In this document: positions 29,421 to 38,176 of the stretch, piece by piece | Numbering within the stretch: position 1 is the stretch's first letter | Layout: every line of letters begins with the position of its first letter | Assembly (NCBI GenBank): GCA_020348065.1 | Contig: CP070742.1 | Coordinates: forward strand, 624,053-688,052 | From: Candidatus Zixiibacteriota bacterium | GTDB taxonomy: Bacteria; Zixibacteria; MSB-5A5; UBA10806 | Length of the DNA: 64,000 nt | Direction: 5' to 3' | Translations under genes and position numbers: made by a program | The notes under the pieces: generated by a model | What the model was told of the DNA's origin: nothing | Seen by the model: the letters and a program-made list of their open reading frames with translations, nothing else | The model's database searches: none

Positions 29421-30682
29421 TCGAACAGCAAGACCAGAATAAAAACGAGCTCTTTATTTTCAATTTTTTTGGCGTAATATTGCGCTGGAGAAGGCTCTTG
29501 ATCGTGAATACCCTTATGGCCGCCGTTATTACGTTGGCAATAATGTTAATATTTTTTCCCAATTGGTATATGGCAACCACGTCTATAATGCCCCCTGAAA
29601 AGGATACGGGAGGCCTGGGATTCGGCGCCGGAATGTTGCCCTCCGGATTAGGGGCCCTTTTGGGCGGAAGCGGATTGGCTTTGCCCGGGCTGGCCAGCCC
29701 CTCCGATCTTTACGCTTCCATATTGCGAAGCCGCGCGGTAGCGTTGGCGGTTATTGAAAAACATGATTTAAAAACGGTTTTTGATGTAGATCTTGAAACC
29801 AGAGCGCTTGAGGAATTATATGCCAGAACCGGCGTGATCGTCCAGGCGGAGGGCATAATTTCTTTATCTTTCGAGGATACAGATCCGGAGAGGGCGGCTC
29901 TTATCGCCAATAGCTTTATCGAGGAACTCAATCGCGTGAATACCGAAAACCTGGTCTCCAAAGCTAGGGCCACCAGGGAGTTCATCGAGCAAAGACTCGA
30001 AGAATCCGTCGCGGATTTAAAGGCCGCCGAAGAGGACTACGAGGCTTTTCAGAAAAAGCATAAAGCTTTTTCACTCGAAGATCAGGTTAAGGCGGCCATA
30101 AATACCATAGCCACATTGAAAGGCGAGCTCGTGCTATCCGAGATCGAACTGGGAGTGATGAAAAAATCGTTATCCCCCGATAATATCCGATATAAAAACC
30201 AGCTCTTCAAAATCGAGCAGATTCGACAGCAGATAGAAGAGATGGAATCGGGGCAGAGCGCGTCGGGAGATCCCTCCTCGCTGGGAATTTCAGTTGCCGA
30301 GGCCCCCGAACTCGGTCTCGAATTTGTACGCTTAACCAGAGAGCTTAAGATTCAGGAAACCATTTTTGAATTGCTGAAACAGCAGTACGAGCACGCCAAA
30401 ATCCAGGAGATGAGAGATACCCCCACTGTCCAGGTTCTGGATCGGGCCAGGGTACCGGAGCTTAAAAGCAAACCCAAAAGAGTGTTCACGGCGGCCCTCG
30501 GAGGAGTTTTAAGTTTCGGCCTGACGCTATTTTTTATACTTGCCTACGAATTTACCCAGCGCGAGAAAGAAAAGAATTCCGAAGTGTACCGCAGAATTTC
30601 CGATTTTACGAAAATGTTGAACGAAGACATTTTTTGGCTGAAAACATTGTTTTCAAAAAAGGAAAAGGGCGATGTCGGTTAA
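29417..30682 (+). CDS. wzz: polysaccharide co-polymerase / chain-length determinant (Wzz/GumC-like, no kinase domain)
   Basis: N- and C-terminal TM helices flanking a coiled-coil periplasmic domain; ATGA coupling to wza. Confidence 0.7.
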   Translation: MIEQQDQNKNELFIFNFFGVILRWRRLLIVNTLMAAVITLAIMLIFFPNWYMATTSIMPPEKDTGGLGFGAGMLPSGLGALLGGSGLALPGLASPSDLYASILRSRAVALAVIEKHDLKTVFDVDLETRALEELYARTGVIVQAEGIISLSFEDTDPERAALIANSFIEELNRVNTENLVSKARATREFIEQRLEESVADLKAAEEDYEAFQKKHKAFSLEDQVKAAINTIATLKGELVLSEIELGVMKKSLSPDNIRYKNQLFKIEQIRQQIEEMESGQSASGDPSSLGISVAEAPELGLEFVRLTRELKIQETIFELLKQQYEHAKIQEMRDTPTVQVLDRARVPELKSKPKRVFTAALGGVLSFGLTLFFILAYEFTQREKEKNSEVYRRISDFTKMLNEDIFWLKTLFSKKEKGDVG

Positions 30683-31691
30683 GATCGGTCAGATCGGTCT
30701 GGGGGCCTGGGGCCGAAATCTATTAAGGACCTTTTATAATCTTCCCGAGGCCAGACCTGTATTGGGATGCGATGTCGATACCGCGCAACTGTCCAGAATC
30801 AGCGGAGCGTTCCCGGGCGTAAACTGGACCAGGGATTACTCCGAATTGATATCCGATCCCGGGCTGGATGCGGTGGTGATTGCCACCCCGCCCGCCGATC
30901 ATTTCCAGCTGGCATCCAGGGCTATCGAAGCCGGGAAAGACGTATTTGTTGAGAAACCCCTGGCGCTCAATTTGGATGACGGCCGCAAACTCGTCGAGCT
31001 CGCCCGGAAAAATGAGCGCATACTGATGGTCGGGCATATCATGGAATATCATCCGGCATCGTTAAAGCTCAAAGAATATATATCCTCGGGGAAATTGGGA
31101 AGAGTTTATTACCTTTATTCCAGCAGGGTAAACCTCGGCAAAGTCCGGGATATCGAAAATTCGCTCTGGAGCTTCGCGCCCCACGATATTTCCATGATCA
31201 TGTTTTTACTGGATAAAATCCCCGTTAGCGTTACCTCCACCGGGGCTTCGTATCTCCAGAAAAACATAGAAGACGTAACCTTTCTGACATTGCACTTTGA
31301 CGATAAGACCATGGCGCATATACATGTCAGCTGGCTCGATCCTCATAAGGAGCGGAAGCTGACGGTTGTGGGATCGAAGATGATGGCTGTATTTGATGAT
31401 ACCGAGAGCACGGAGAAAATCAGGCTCTACGATAAAGGCGTTGATACCAAGCTCGATTACTCCACTTATGGCGAATATCTCAGCCTCAGGGCAGGAGATA
31501 TCCTGATTCCCAGAATAAACTCCACCGAACCTCTGATGGCAGAGTGTGCCCATTTCATTGAGTGCGTAAAAAGCCGAAAGCAGTCGATATCGGACGGCAG
31601 AGACGGGCTCCGCGTATTGACGGTTTTAACAGCGGCTCAGAAATCGATGGAGCGGGGCGGCGCCCCGGTGGAAATCAAATTCGATTTATAA
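30672..31691 (+). CDS. wbpB: Gfo/Idh/MocA-family NAD-dependent sugar dehydrogenase (WbpB-like UDP-GlcNAc(A) 3-dehydrogenase)
   Basis: Rossmann N-terminus IGQIGLGAWGRN; family and locus context (followed by acetyltransferase and DegT aminotransferase). Confidence 0.7.
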   Translation: MSVKIGQIGLGAWGRNLLRTFYNLPEARPVLGCDVDTAQLSRISGAFPGVNWTRDYSELISDPGLDAVVIATPPADHFQLASRAIEAGKDVFVEKPLALNLDDGRKLVELARKNERILMVGHIMEYHPASLKLKEYISSGKLGRVYYLYSSRVNLGKVRDIENSLWSFAPHDISMIMFLLDKIPVSVTSTGASYLQKNIEDVTFLTLHFDDKTMAHIHVSWLDPHKERKLTVVGSKMMAVFDDTESTEKIRLYDKGVDTKLDYSTYGEYLSLRAGDILIPRINSTEPLMAECAHFIECVKSRKQSISDGRDGLRVLTVLTAAQKSMERGGAPVEIKFDL

Positions 31692-31699
31692 GAGGATAT

Positions 31700-32449
31700 A
31701 TGAATTACTTTAAAGATGAATCCGCCCGTATGGGGAAAAACGTTGCAATCGGATATAATTGTTTCATTGGCAAAAACGCGGTAATCGGCGACGGATGTGA
31801 TATCGGCTGCGGGGTGATTGTTCATGACGATACGCAAATAGGTTCCAACGTCCGTATCGACGATAATACCGTGCTCGGAAAAACTCCCATGAGGGCGGCC
31901 AATACGGCGGTAACCAGAGAACAACAACTGCCTCCGTTGGAAATAGATGATGATTGCATTATCGGAACGTCGGTTGTTATCTATCGGGGCGCCCGCATAG
32001 GGAAGAAAGTGCTGGTGGCCGACCTTTCGTCGGTCAGAGAAAACGTGGAAATCGGCGACTATACTATTGTCGGGCGAGGCGTGACTATCGAGAATTTATG
32101 TAAAATCGGCTCCTACTGCAAGCTCGAAACCAATGTCTACATAACCGCCTATTCCCTGATAGAGGATCGCGTCTTCGTGGCGCCCTGCGTGGCCACATCA
32201 AACGACAATTTTATCGGCAGGACGGAGGAACGGTTCAAGCATTTTAAGGGAGTTACCATAAGAAAAGGAGGACGCGTCGGCGTCGGCGCAGTTATCCTTC
32301 CCGGAAAAGAGATAGGGGAAGATGCCCTTATCGCGGCCGGCGCCCTCTTGACCGGCGATGCTAAACCGAGGGTAATCTTCGCCGGCGTCCCCGCAAAACC
32401 CTTCAGGGAAGTTCCTCCCGAACAGCTGCTGGAAAATCAAAACTGGTAA
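31700..32449 (+). CDS. wbpD: hexapeptide-repeat (LbH) sugar N-acetyltransferase (WbpD-like)
   Basis: Continuous [LIV]-G-x4 hexapeptide repeats; ATG ~31700 after an AGAGGA RBS (the track ORF extends upstream into wbpB in another frame). Confidence 0.7.
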   Translation: MNYFKDESARMGKNVAIGYNCFIGKNAVIGDGCDIGCGVIVHDDTQIGSNVRIDDNTVLGKTPMRAANTAVTREQQLPPLEIDDDCIIGTSVVIYRGARIGKKVLVADLSSVRENVEIGDYTIVGRGVTIENLCKIGSYCKLETNVYITAYSLIEDRVFVAPCVATSNDNFIGRTEERFKHFKGVTIRKGGRVGVGAVILPGKEIGEDALIAAGALLTGDAKPRVIFAGVPAKPFREVPPEQLLENQNW

Positions 32450-32459
32450 AGGGTACAAA

Positions 32460-33566
32460 ATGAAAATCCCTCCTCTGGATTTAAAGAGACAGTATGCCTC
32501 CATTAAAAATGAAATCGATTCTGCGATACAAAATGTTCTGAACCACGGCGGTTTCGTTCTAGGGCCCGAGGTGAAAGAGCTTGAAAGCAAACTGGCCGAA
32601 TATTGTAATACCAAAAACGGTGTCGGCGTGGCCTCGGGAACCGACGCCCTGCTTCTGTCTCTCATGGTCGCCGGAATAAAACCCGGCGATGAGGTGATAA
32701 CATCCACATTTACATTCTTCGCCACCGCCGGCGTAATAAGCAGGCTCGGGGCGAAACCGGTTTTCGTGGATATAGATCCCGATACATTCAACATCGATCC
32801 CGAACTGATTGAGAAGGCCGTAACGCCAAAAACCCGGGCGATTATCCCCGTTCACCTTTACGGGCAGAGCGCGGAGATGGACGAAATCGTGGCCGCGGCG
32901 AAAAAACACGATATCCCCATCATAGAGGATGCCGCTCAGGCTGTCGGATCAACCTATAAGGGGAAAAAGGCGGGGAGCTTCGGCCTGACAGGCTGTTTTT
33001 CATTTTATCCCACAAAAAATCTCGGCGGTTACGGCGATGGGGGATTTATTTCCACCGACGATGATGAAACCGCCGATCTGCTTCGCAGGTTAAGGCTTCA
33101 CGGCGCTCGGCCTAAATATTTCCACTCCATAATCGGGATTAACAGCAGGCTCGACTCTATGCAGGCCGCCGCTTTGCTGGTAAAATTAAAACATCTGCCT
33201 GAATGGCACGAAGCCAGAAGGACCAGGGCGCGACATTACGATAATCTGCTTTCGGATATCGATCAGGTGAAAACGCCTTTCGTGCGCGATTATAATTATC
33301 ATATTTATCATCAGTATACAATCCTCGCGGAAAAGCGGGATGCGTTGAAAGAATATTTAAAATCAAAAGATATCGGCTGTGAAATTTATTATCCTGTACC
33401 GATGCATTTGCAGGAGTGTTTTAAATACCTGGGTTATGCAAAGGGCAGCATGCCGGCAGCGGAAAAAGCCTCGGAAATGGCGCTTTCGCTTCCCATTTTC
33501 CCGGAATTAACCGATCGCGAGCAGGATTACATCGCGGAGACTATCAAGGAGTTTTATAAAGCCTGA
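32460..33566 (+). CDS. wbpE: DegT/DnrJ/EryC1/StrS-family PLP-dependent sugar aminotransferase (WbpE-like)
   Basis: Family-typical N-terminus (LDLKRQY...), PLP-Lys region FSFYPTKNLGGYGDGG. Confidence 0.8.
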   Translation: MKIPPLDLKRQYASIKNEIDSAIQNVLNHGGFVLGPEVKELESKLAEYCNTKNGVGVASGTDALLLSLMVAGIKPGDEVITSTFTFFATAGVISRLGAKPVFVDIDPDTFNIDPELIEKAVTPKTRAIIPVHLYGQSAEMDEIVAAAKKHDIPIIEDAAQAVGSTYKGKKAGSFGLTGCFSFYPTKNLGGYGDGGFISTDDDETADLLRRLRLHGARPKYFHSIIGINSRLDSMQAAALLVKLKHLPEWHEARRTRARHYDNLLSDIDQVKTPFVRDYNYHIYHQYTILAEKRDALKEYLKSKDIGCEIYYPVPMHLQECFKYLGYAKGSMPAAEKASEMALSLPIFPELTDREQDYIAETIKEFYKA

Positions 33567-34618
33567 TGATTAAAGCCGCCTTGGTTATCGGCGCCAGACC
33601 GCAATTCATCAAGGCCGCCCCGCTTATCATCGAGATGGGGCGGTTTTTGGAAACCGTAATGATACATACCGGGCAACATTACGATTTCATGATGTCTGAG
33701 AATTTTTTCGAAGAGCTCGATCTGCCGGCGCCCGATTACCATTTGAATCTCGAATCCCGAACTCCCGGCAAATTGACCGGCGAAATGATCGCCGGTTTGG
33801 AATGCGTCTATGATTTTGAAAAACCGGATTTCGTGATGGTTGCCGGAGATACCAACTCCACCCTGGCGGGCGCCGTCTCTGCCGCCCAGCGGGGATTGCG
33901 GATATTCCACGTGGAAGCCGGGGTCAGGTCAAAAGACCAAAAACTTCCCGAACAGATTAACCGCGTGGTTACCGATTCAATTTCGGATTGTTTTTTTTGC
34001 CCCGCTCCATCGGCCGTGGAAAATCTGAAAACCGAGGGCAAGGTTAAAAATGTTTACGATACCGGCGATATAATTTATGACAGCCTTCGTTTGATCGAAA
34101 AACAGATACCGGATAAACCTCCGATACCGGTCGAGCTTCCCGGCAGTTTCGCGCTTATGACCCTTCACCGGGCCGAGGCGGTCGATAATATTGAGCATTT
34201 GAAAAGCATATTATCTTCCATGAAATCTTCGCCTCTGCCGATAATCTTCCCCGCCCATCCCAGGACGGCCAAGATGATAGATTATTTTAACCTGGGGGAG
34301 GAAATTCCCGGGAACGTGCTCATGTTTGATCCGGTTGGATACGCGGATCTTCTGTCGCTTTTGAGACTGTCGGAGTTTGTCGTTACAGATTCCGGCGGCG
34401 TGCAGAGGGAGGCGGTTTATTTGAATAAACCTGTTTTTGTGCCCAGGCCGGAAACCGAATGGGTCGATTTTGAAAAACTGAAGAGAGTCCGGGTCATAGG
34501 TTATGATTTCGATTTTGCAGACTTAGAACCTGAAACTGCAGATTTTGGAGAGGAATTGTCGTATTTGCTGAGGCCTTCAGCAAAAAAAATGATTGAGATA
34601 TTGAAATCTTTATTTTAG
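33566..34618 (+). CDS. wecB: UDP-N-acetylglucosamine (or UDP-2,3-diacetamido-2,3-dideoxyglucuronate) 2-epimerase, non-hydrolysing
   Basis: ALVIGARPQFIKAAPL N-terminus and overall WecB/WbpI architecture. Confidence 0.85.
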   Translation: MIKAALVIGARPQFIKAAPLIIEMGRFLETVMIHTGQHYDFMMSENFFEELDLPAPDYHLNLESRTPGKLTGEMIAGLECVYDFEKPDFVMVAGDTNSTLAGAVSAAQRGLRIFHVEAGVRSKDQKLPEQINRVVTDSISDCFFCPAPSAVENLKTEGKVKNVYDTGDIIYDSLRLIEKQIPDKPPIPVELPGSFALMTLHRAEAVDNIEHLKSILSSMKSSPLPIIFPAHPRTAKMIDYFNLGEEIPGNVLMFDPVGYADLLSLLRLSEFVVTDSGGVQREAVYLNKPVFVPRPETEWVDFEKLKRVRVIGYDFDFADLEPETADFGEELSYLLRPSAKKMIEILKSLF

Positions 34619-34664
34619 AAGCTGATTATTAATCGGATAAACCAATTGGCGGACTATTAAATTA

Positions 34665-35750
34665 ATGAAACCCAAAAGAGTTTGTATATTTGCCGACGAG
34701 CGTACGGTGCATGCCCGCCGATGGGTCGAGGGTCTCAGGTCGCTCGGCATTCCGGTCGATCTTATAACTCTAATTAAAGAAAGCGAATATGATATCGGCG
34801 GCATATCTCTGGGTTCGCGCGGTAAAGTCTCCTACCTTACAAAAATCGGGAAACTACGTTCCATCGTAAAGAAAATAAATCCCGATATTTTTCACGCCCA
34901 CCATGCCTCCAGTTTCGGATTCCTGGCAAGCTTCGTCGATCACCCCGCGAAGGTGCTCTCGGTGTGGGGATATGACGTTATAACCTTCCCTTATAAGAAT
35001 ATGATTAATAAGGCTATGATCAGGCGCGCGTTGAATCGTACCGGTTATATTACCGCCACGAGCGACTACCTTAAACAGGCGGTGTTAAAATTAAATAACA
35101 GCATCAACAACATTGATATTATCCCTTTCGGAGTCGACACCGATCTTTTCGGATATTTCGAACGTAAACCATCCCATGAGATTGTCATAGGAATAGCCAA
35201 ATCCCTGCGCCCCAAATACGGCATAGATATCCTGATTCGCGCCTTCGGCACTCTCAAGAATAAATATGACAATATTAAGCTGAAGATCGCCGGTAAAGGG
35301 GAGTATGAATCCGCGTATAAAAACCTGGTGAAAGATTTGGGAATTGCCGAATCTGTTGATTTTTTAGGATTTGTGAATCATTCGAAACTACCGCATCTGT
35401 TTTCAACATTTGATATTTTTGTCATGCCCTCGATTTTTGACGACGAGAGCTTCGGGGTGGCGGCGCTCGAGGCCTCGGCAACCGGATTGCCAGTGGTAGC
35501 ATCGAGAGTGGGCGGCGTGCCGGAAGTGATCGAAGACAATGTGACTGGGTATTTGATCGAAAGAAAAAACGTTGCGGAATTAACCGCGGCGCTGGAAAAG
35601 CTTATCGAGGATCCTCAACTCCGATCGGATATGGGAAAGGCCGGACGGAAATTCGTGAAGGAAAAATACAGGTGGAACGATAATCTTCTGGCAATGAATA
35701 ACCTGTATGAAAAAATCCTTGGGGGCCGGGCAAAAGGAATCGATATTTGA
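34665..35750 (+). CDS. glycosyltransferase family 4 (GT-B, retaining)
   Basis: C-terminal EX7E-type motif region (ESFGVAALEASATGLPVVASRVGGVPEVI). Confidence 0.8.
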   Translation: MKPKRVCIFADERTVHARRWVEGLRSLGIPVDLITLIKESEYDIGGISLGSRGKVSYLTKIGKLRSIVKKINPDIFHAHHASSFGFLASFVDHPAKVLSVWGYDVITFPYKNMINKAMIRRALNRTGYITATSDYLKQAVLKLNNSINNIDIIPFGVDTDLFGYFERKPSHEIVIGIAKSLRPKYGIDILIRAFGTLKNKYDNIKLKIAGKGEYESAYKNLVKDLGIAESVDFLGFVNHSKLPHLFSTFDIFVMPSIFDDESFGVAALEASATGLPVVASRVGGVPEVIEDNVTGYLIERKNVAELTAALEKLIEDPQLRSDMGKAGRKFVKEKYRWNDNLLAMNNLYEKILGGRAKGIDI

Positions 35751-35823
35751 CTTTTAACTTCTTGATGTGTATCACGTTATCCGGCTTAAGCGGGATTTGA
35801 TTTTATTTGGTCGAGCTGAAATT

Positions 35824-36657
35824 ATGAATGACATTAAATGCGCTTTCAGTATCGATTTTGAAGACTGGTACCAGGGATTCGAGATATTCCCCATGGAATC
35901 ATGGAGAAACTACGAGCCGAGGATCGAACGAAATTGCCTCAAGACTTTGGAACTATTGAGTGATTTCAATGTTAAAGCCACTTTTTTTGTTCTGGGATAC
36001 ATCGCGGATAAATATCCCCAATCGGTTGAGGCCATTCATAAGGAAGGGCATGAGATAGGCGCCCATGGATATTCCCATACCCAGATATTCAAACTGAGCC
36101 CGGAGAAATTCAACGAGGAGATTAGACGTACCGGTAATACCATTGCCGATATTACCGGCAAAAGACCGATCGGTTTTCGGGCGCCCATATTCTCCATGGT
36201 AAAAGACTCCTGGTGGGCTATAGATGTATTGGTGGAAAACGGTTTCAAATATGATTCGAGCATCCTTCCCACCTTTAATTACAGGTACGGTATCGTGGCG
36301 GCGGAGAGATTCTGTAATGAGATAAAAACCGAACGCGGCAACAGCATTATCGAAATTCCCGTCACCACGGCGAAATTTTTGAACCTCAATATTCCCGTCG
36401 GGGGAGGCGCCTATTTTCGTATCTGGCCTTACAACGTCACCCGCTGGGGATTCCGTCAGGTTTTAAAGAACGGTCAGCCCGGCGTGTTTTATATGCATCC
36501 CTGGGAGATTGACGCGGGGCAGCCCCGGATAAAGCTGCCGCCGAGGCTGTATCTGACGCATTATACCGGATTGGATACGACCGAAAGGAAACTGAAAAAA
36601 CTTCTCACCGATTTCGATTTTTCCACCATGGCAGACGTTTTCGGATTTGAATATTAA
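35824..36657 (+). CDS. polysaccharide deacetylase family protein (PEP-CTERM/exosortase-locus subtype)
   Basis: N-terminus AFSIDFEDWYQ and NodB-like His/Asp motifs; ATG ~35824 chosen in frame with the track ORF (35767). Confidence 0.7.
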   Translation: MNDIKCAFSIDFEDWYQGFEIFPMESWRNYEPRIERNCLKTLELLSDFNVKATFFVLGYIADKYPQSVEAIHKEGHEIGAHGYSHTQIFKLSPEKFNEEIRRTGNTIADITGKRPIGFRAPIFSMVKDSWWAIDVLVENGFKYDSSILPTFNYRYGIVAAERFCNEIKTERGNSIIEIPVTTAKFLNLNIPVGGGAYFRIWPYNVTRWGFRQVLKNGQPGVFYMHPWEIDAGQPRIKLPPRLYLTHYTGLDTTERKLKKLLTDFDFSTMADVFGFEY

Positions 36658-36665
36658 AGGTAATC

Positions 36666-37214
36666 ATGGAACAAATCAAAAGACCCGCTATTTTCCTGGA
36701 TAGAGACGGAGTTCTGATCGTGGAACGAGATTTTTTAATGAATACCGACGATATAGAGTTCTATCCTGAAACAATAAAGGCGCTGGCCGCTATAAAAAAT
36801 GAATATATTAAAATCGTGGTTTCCAACCAGTCCGGAATCGCGAGAGGGTATTTTACATCGGAGGATGTCGAAAGAGTCAATTCCGAAATTTCCGAAATGC
36901 TTGGCGGCAAAGGGATCTTCATTGACGCCTTCCTTTTTTGCCCTCACGGGCCCGAGGATGAATGCGCCTGCCGGAAACCTCGACCCGGCATGATACTGGA
37001 AGCCGCGAAGAAATTAAACATTGACTTGAAAAAAAGCTGGATAATTGGTGATAAATCGTCGGATATCGAAGCCGGAAAAGCCTCCGGTATAAGAACGGTT
37101 CTGGTAAAAACGGGATATGGCGGATCGGAGCCGGGGGCTTCGAATGCCAATCCCGATTTCACGGCTTCAGATATCGGCGAGGCAATTGAATATATAAACA
37201 GGAGCGCGTTTTGA
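36666..37214 (+). CDS. gmhB: D,D-heptose 1,7-bisphosphate phosphatase-type HAD-IIIA phosphatase
   Basis: LDRDGVL (motif I), Zn-binding CPHxxxxxCxCRKP insertion, GDKSSD (motif IV). Confidence 0.75.
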   Translation: MEQIKRPAIFLDRDGVLIVERDFLMNTDDIEFYPETIKALAAIKNEYIKIVVSNQSGIARGYFTSEDVERVNSEISEMLGGKGIFIDAFLFCPHGPEDECACRKPRPGMILEAAKKLNIDLKKSWIIGDKSSDIEAGKASGIRTVLVKTGYGGSEPGASNANPDFTASDIGEAIEYINRSAF

Positions 37215-38176
37215 AAAAGAATATGCTGATAACCGGCGGATCCGGATTCATAGGGTCTTTTCTTTCCGAAGAATTGTTAAAAAGAGGTTATTCCGTATGC
37301 GCGGTCGATAATCTATCCACCGGGAAATTGGAAAACATAGCGCATTTGAAAAAAGATCCTGATTTCGAATTGGTAACCGGCACCATAATGAATAAAGACT
37401 TGATGGACGATCTTGTGGCCCGGGCGGAGACGGTGTTCCATCTGGCCGCCGCCGTGGGAGTCCGGCTGATTATAGAGCGGCCGGTGGAAACCATCGAGAC
37501 CAATATCCTGGGAACGGAGATAATTTATAAACTGGTAAATAAGCACAAGAAGAAGGTAATAATAACCTCCACTTCCGAAATATACGGCAAAAACAACGAG
37601 ATTCCATTTAAAGAGAACGCCGATTCGGTTTACGGCCCCACCACCAAGTCAAGATGGAGCTACGCCTGCAGCAAGGCGATTGACGAATTTCTGGGAATCG
37701 CCTACCACCATGAAAAAAAACTGCCGCTGGTTATAGTGAGATTGTTCAATACCATCGGACCGCGTCAGACCGGTGCTTATGGGATGGTTGTTCCGACGTT
37801 CGTACAGCAGGCCCTTCTGCGGCATCCCATTACCGTTTTCGGCGATGGAGAGCAAACGCGATGTTTTGCGAATGTCAAAGACGTGGTTTGGGCGATAGCC
37901 GAGCTTGCCGAAACGCCTGATGCTATAGGCGAGGTTTATAATATCGGGACAACGGAACTTATTTCAATTAAAGACCTGGCCGCCAGCGTCAAGAGACTAT
38001 GTAATTCGAATTCGGAGATAATCAAAGTCCCTTATGATAAAGCTTACGAAACCGGTTTCGAAGATATGTATCAGCGGAAACCCGATATCTCCAAAATCCA
38101 GAAATTAATCGGATACGAACCTAAGATAAATCTTGAAAAAACCATAGAGGAAATAATAGATTATTTCAAGACATGA
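37211..38176 (+). CDS. NAD-dependent epimerase/dehydratase (extended SDR; UDP-sugar 4-epimerase / UDP-glucuronate decarboxylase family)
   Basis: ITGGSGFIGS Rossmann motif, YxxxK catalytic pair (YACSK); the start may be ATG ~37223 rather than TTG 37211. Confidence 0.8.
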   Translation: MKKNMLITGGSGFIGSFLSEELLKRGYSVCAVDNLSTGKLENIAHLKKDPDFELVTGTIMNKDLMDDLVARAETVFHLAAAVGVRLIIERPVETIETNILGTEIIYKLVNKHKKKVIITSTSEIYGKNNEIPFKENADSVYGPTTKSRWSYACSKAIDEFLGIAYHHEKKLPLVIVRLFNTIGPRQTGAYGMVVPTFVQQALLRHPITVFGDGEQTRCFANVKDVVWAIAELAETPDAIGEVYNIGTTELISIKDLAASVKRLCNSNSEIIKVPYDKAYETGFEDMYQRKPDISKIQKLIGYEPKINLEKTIEEIIDYFKT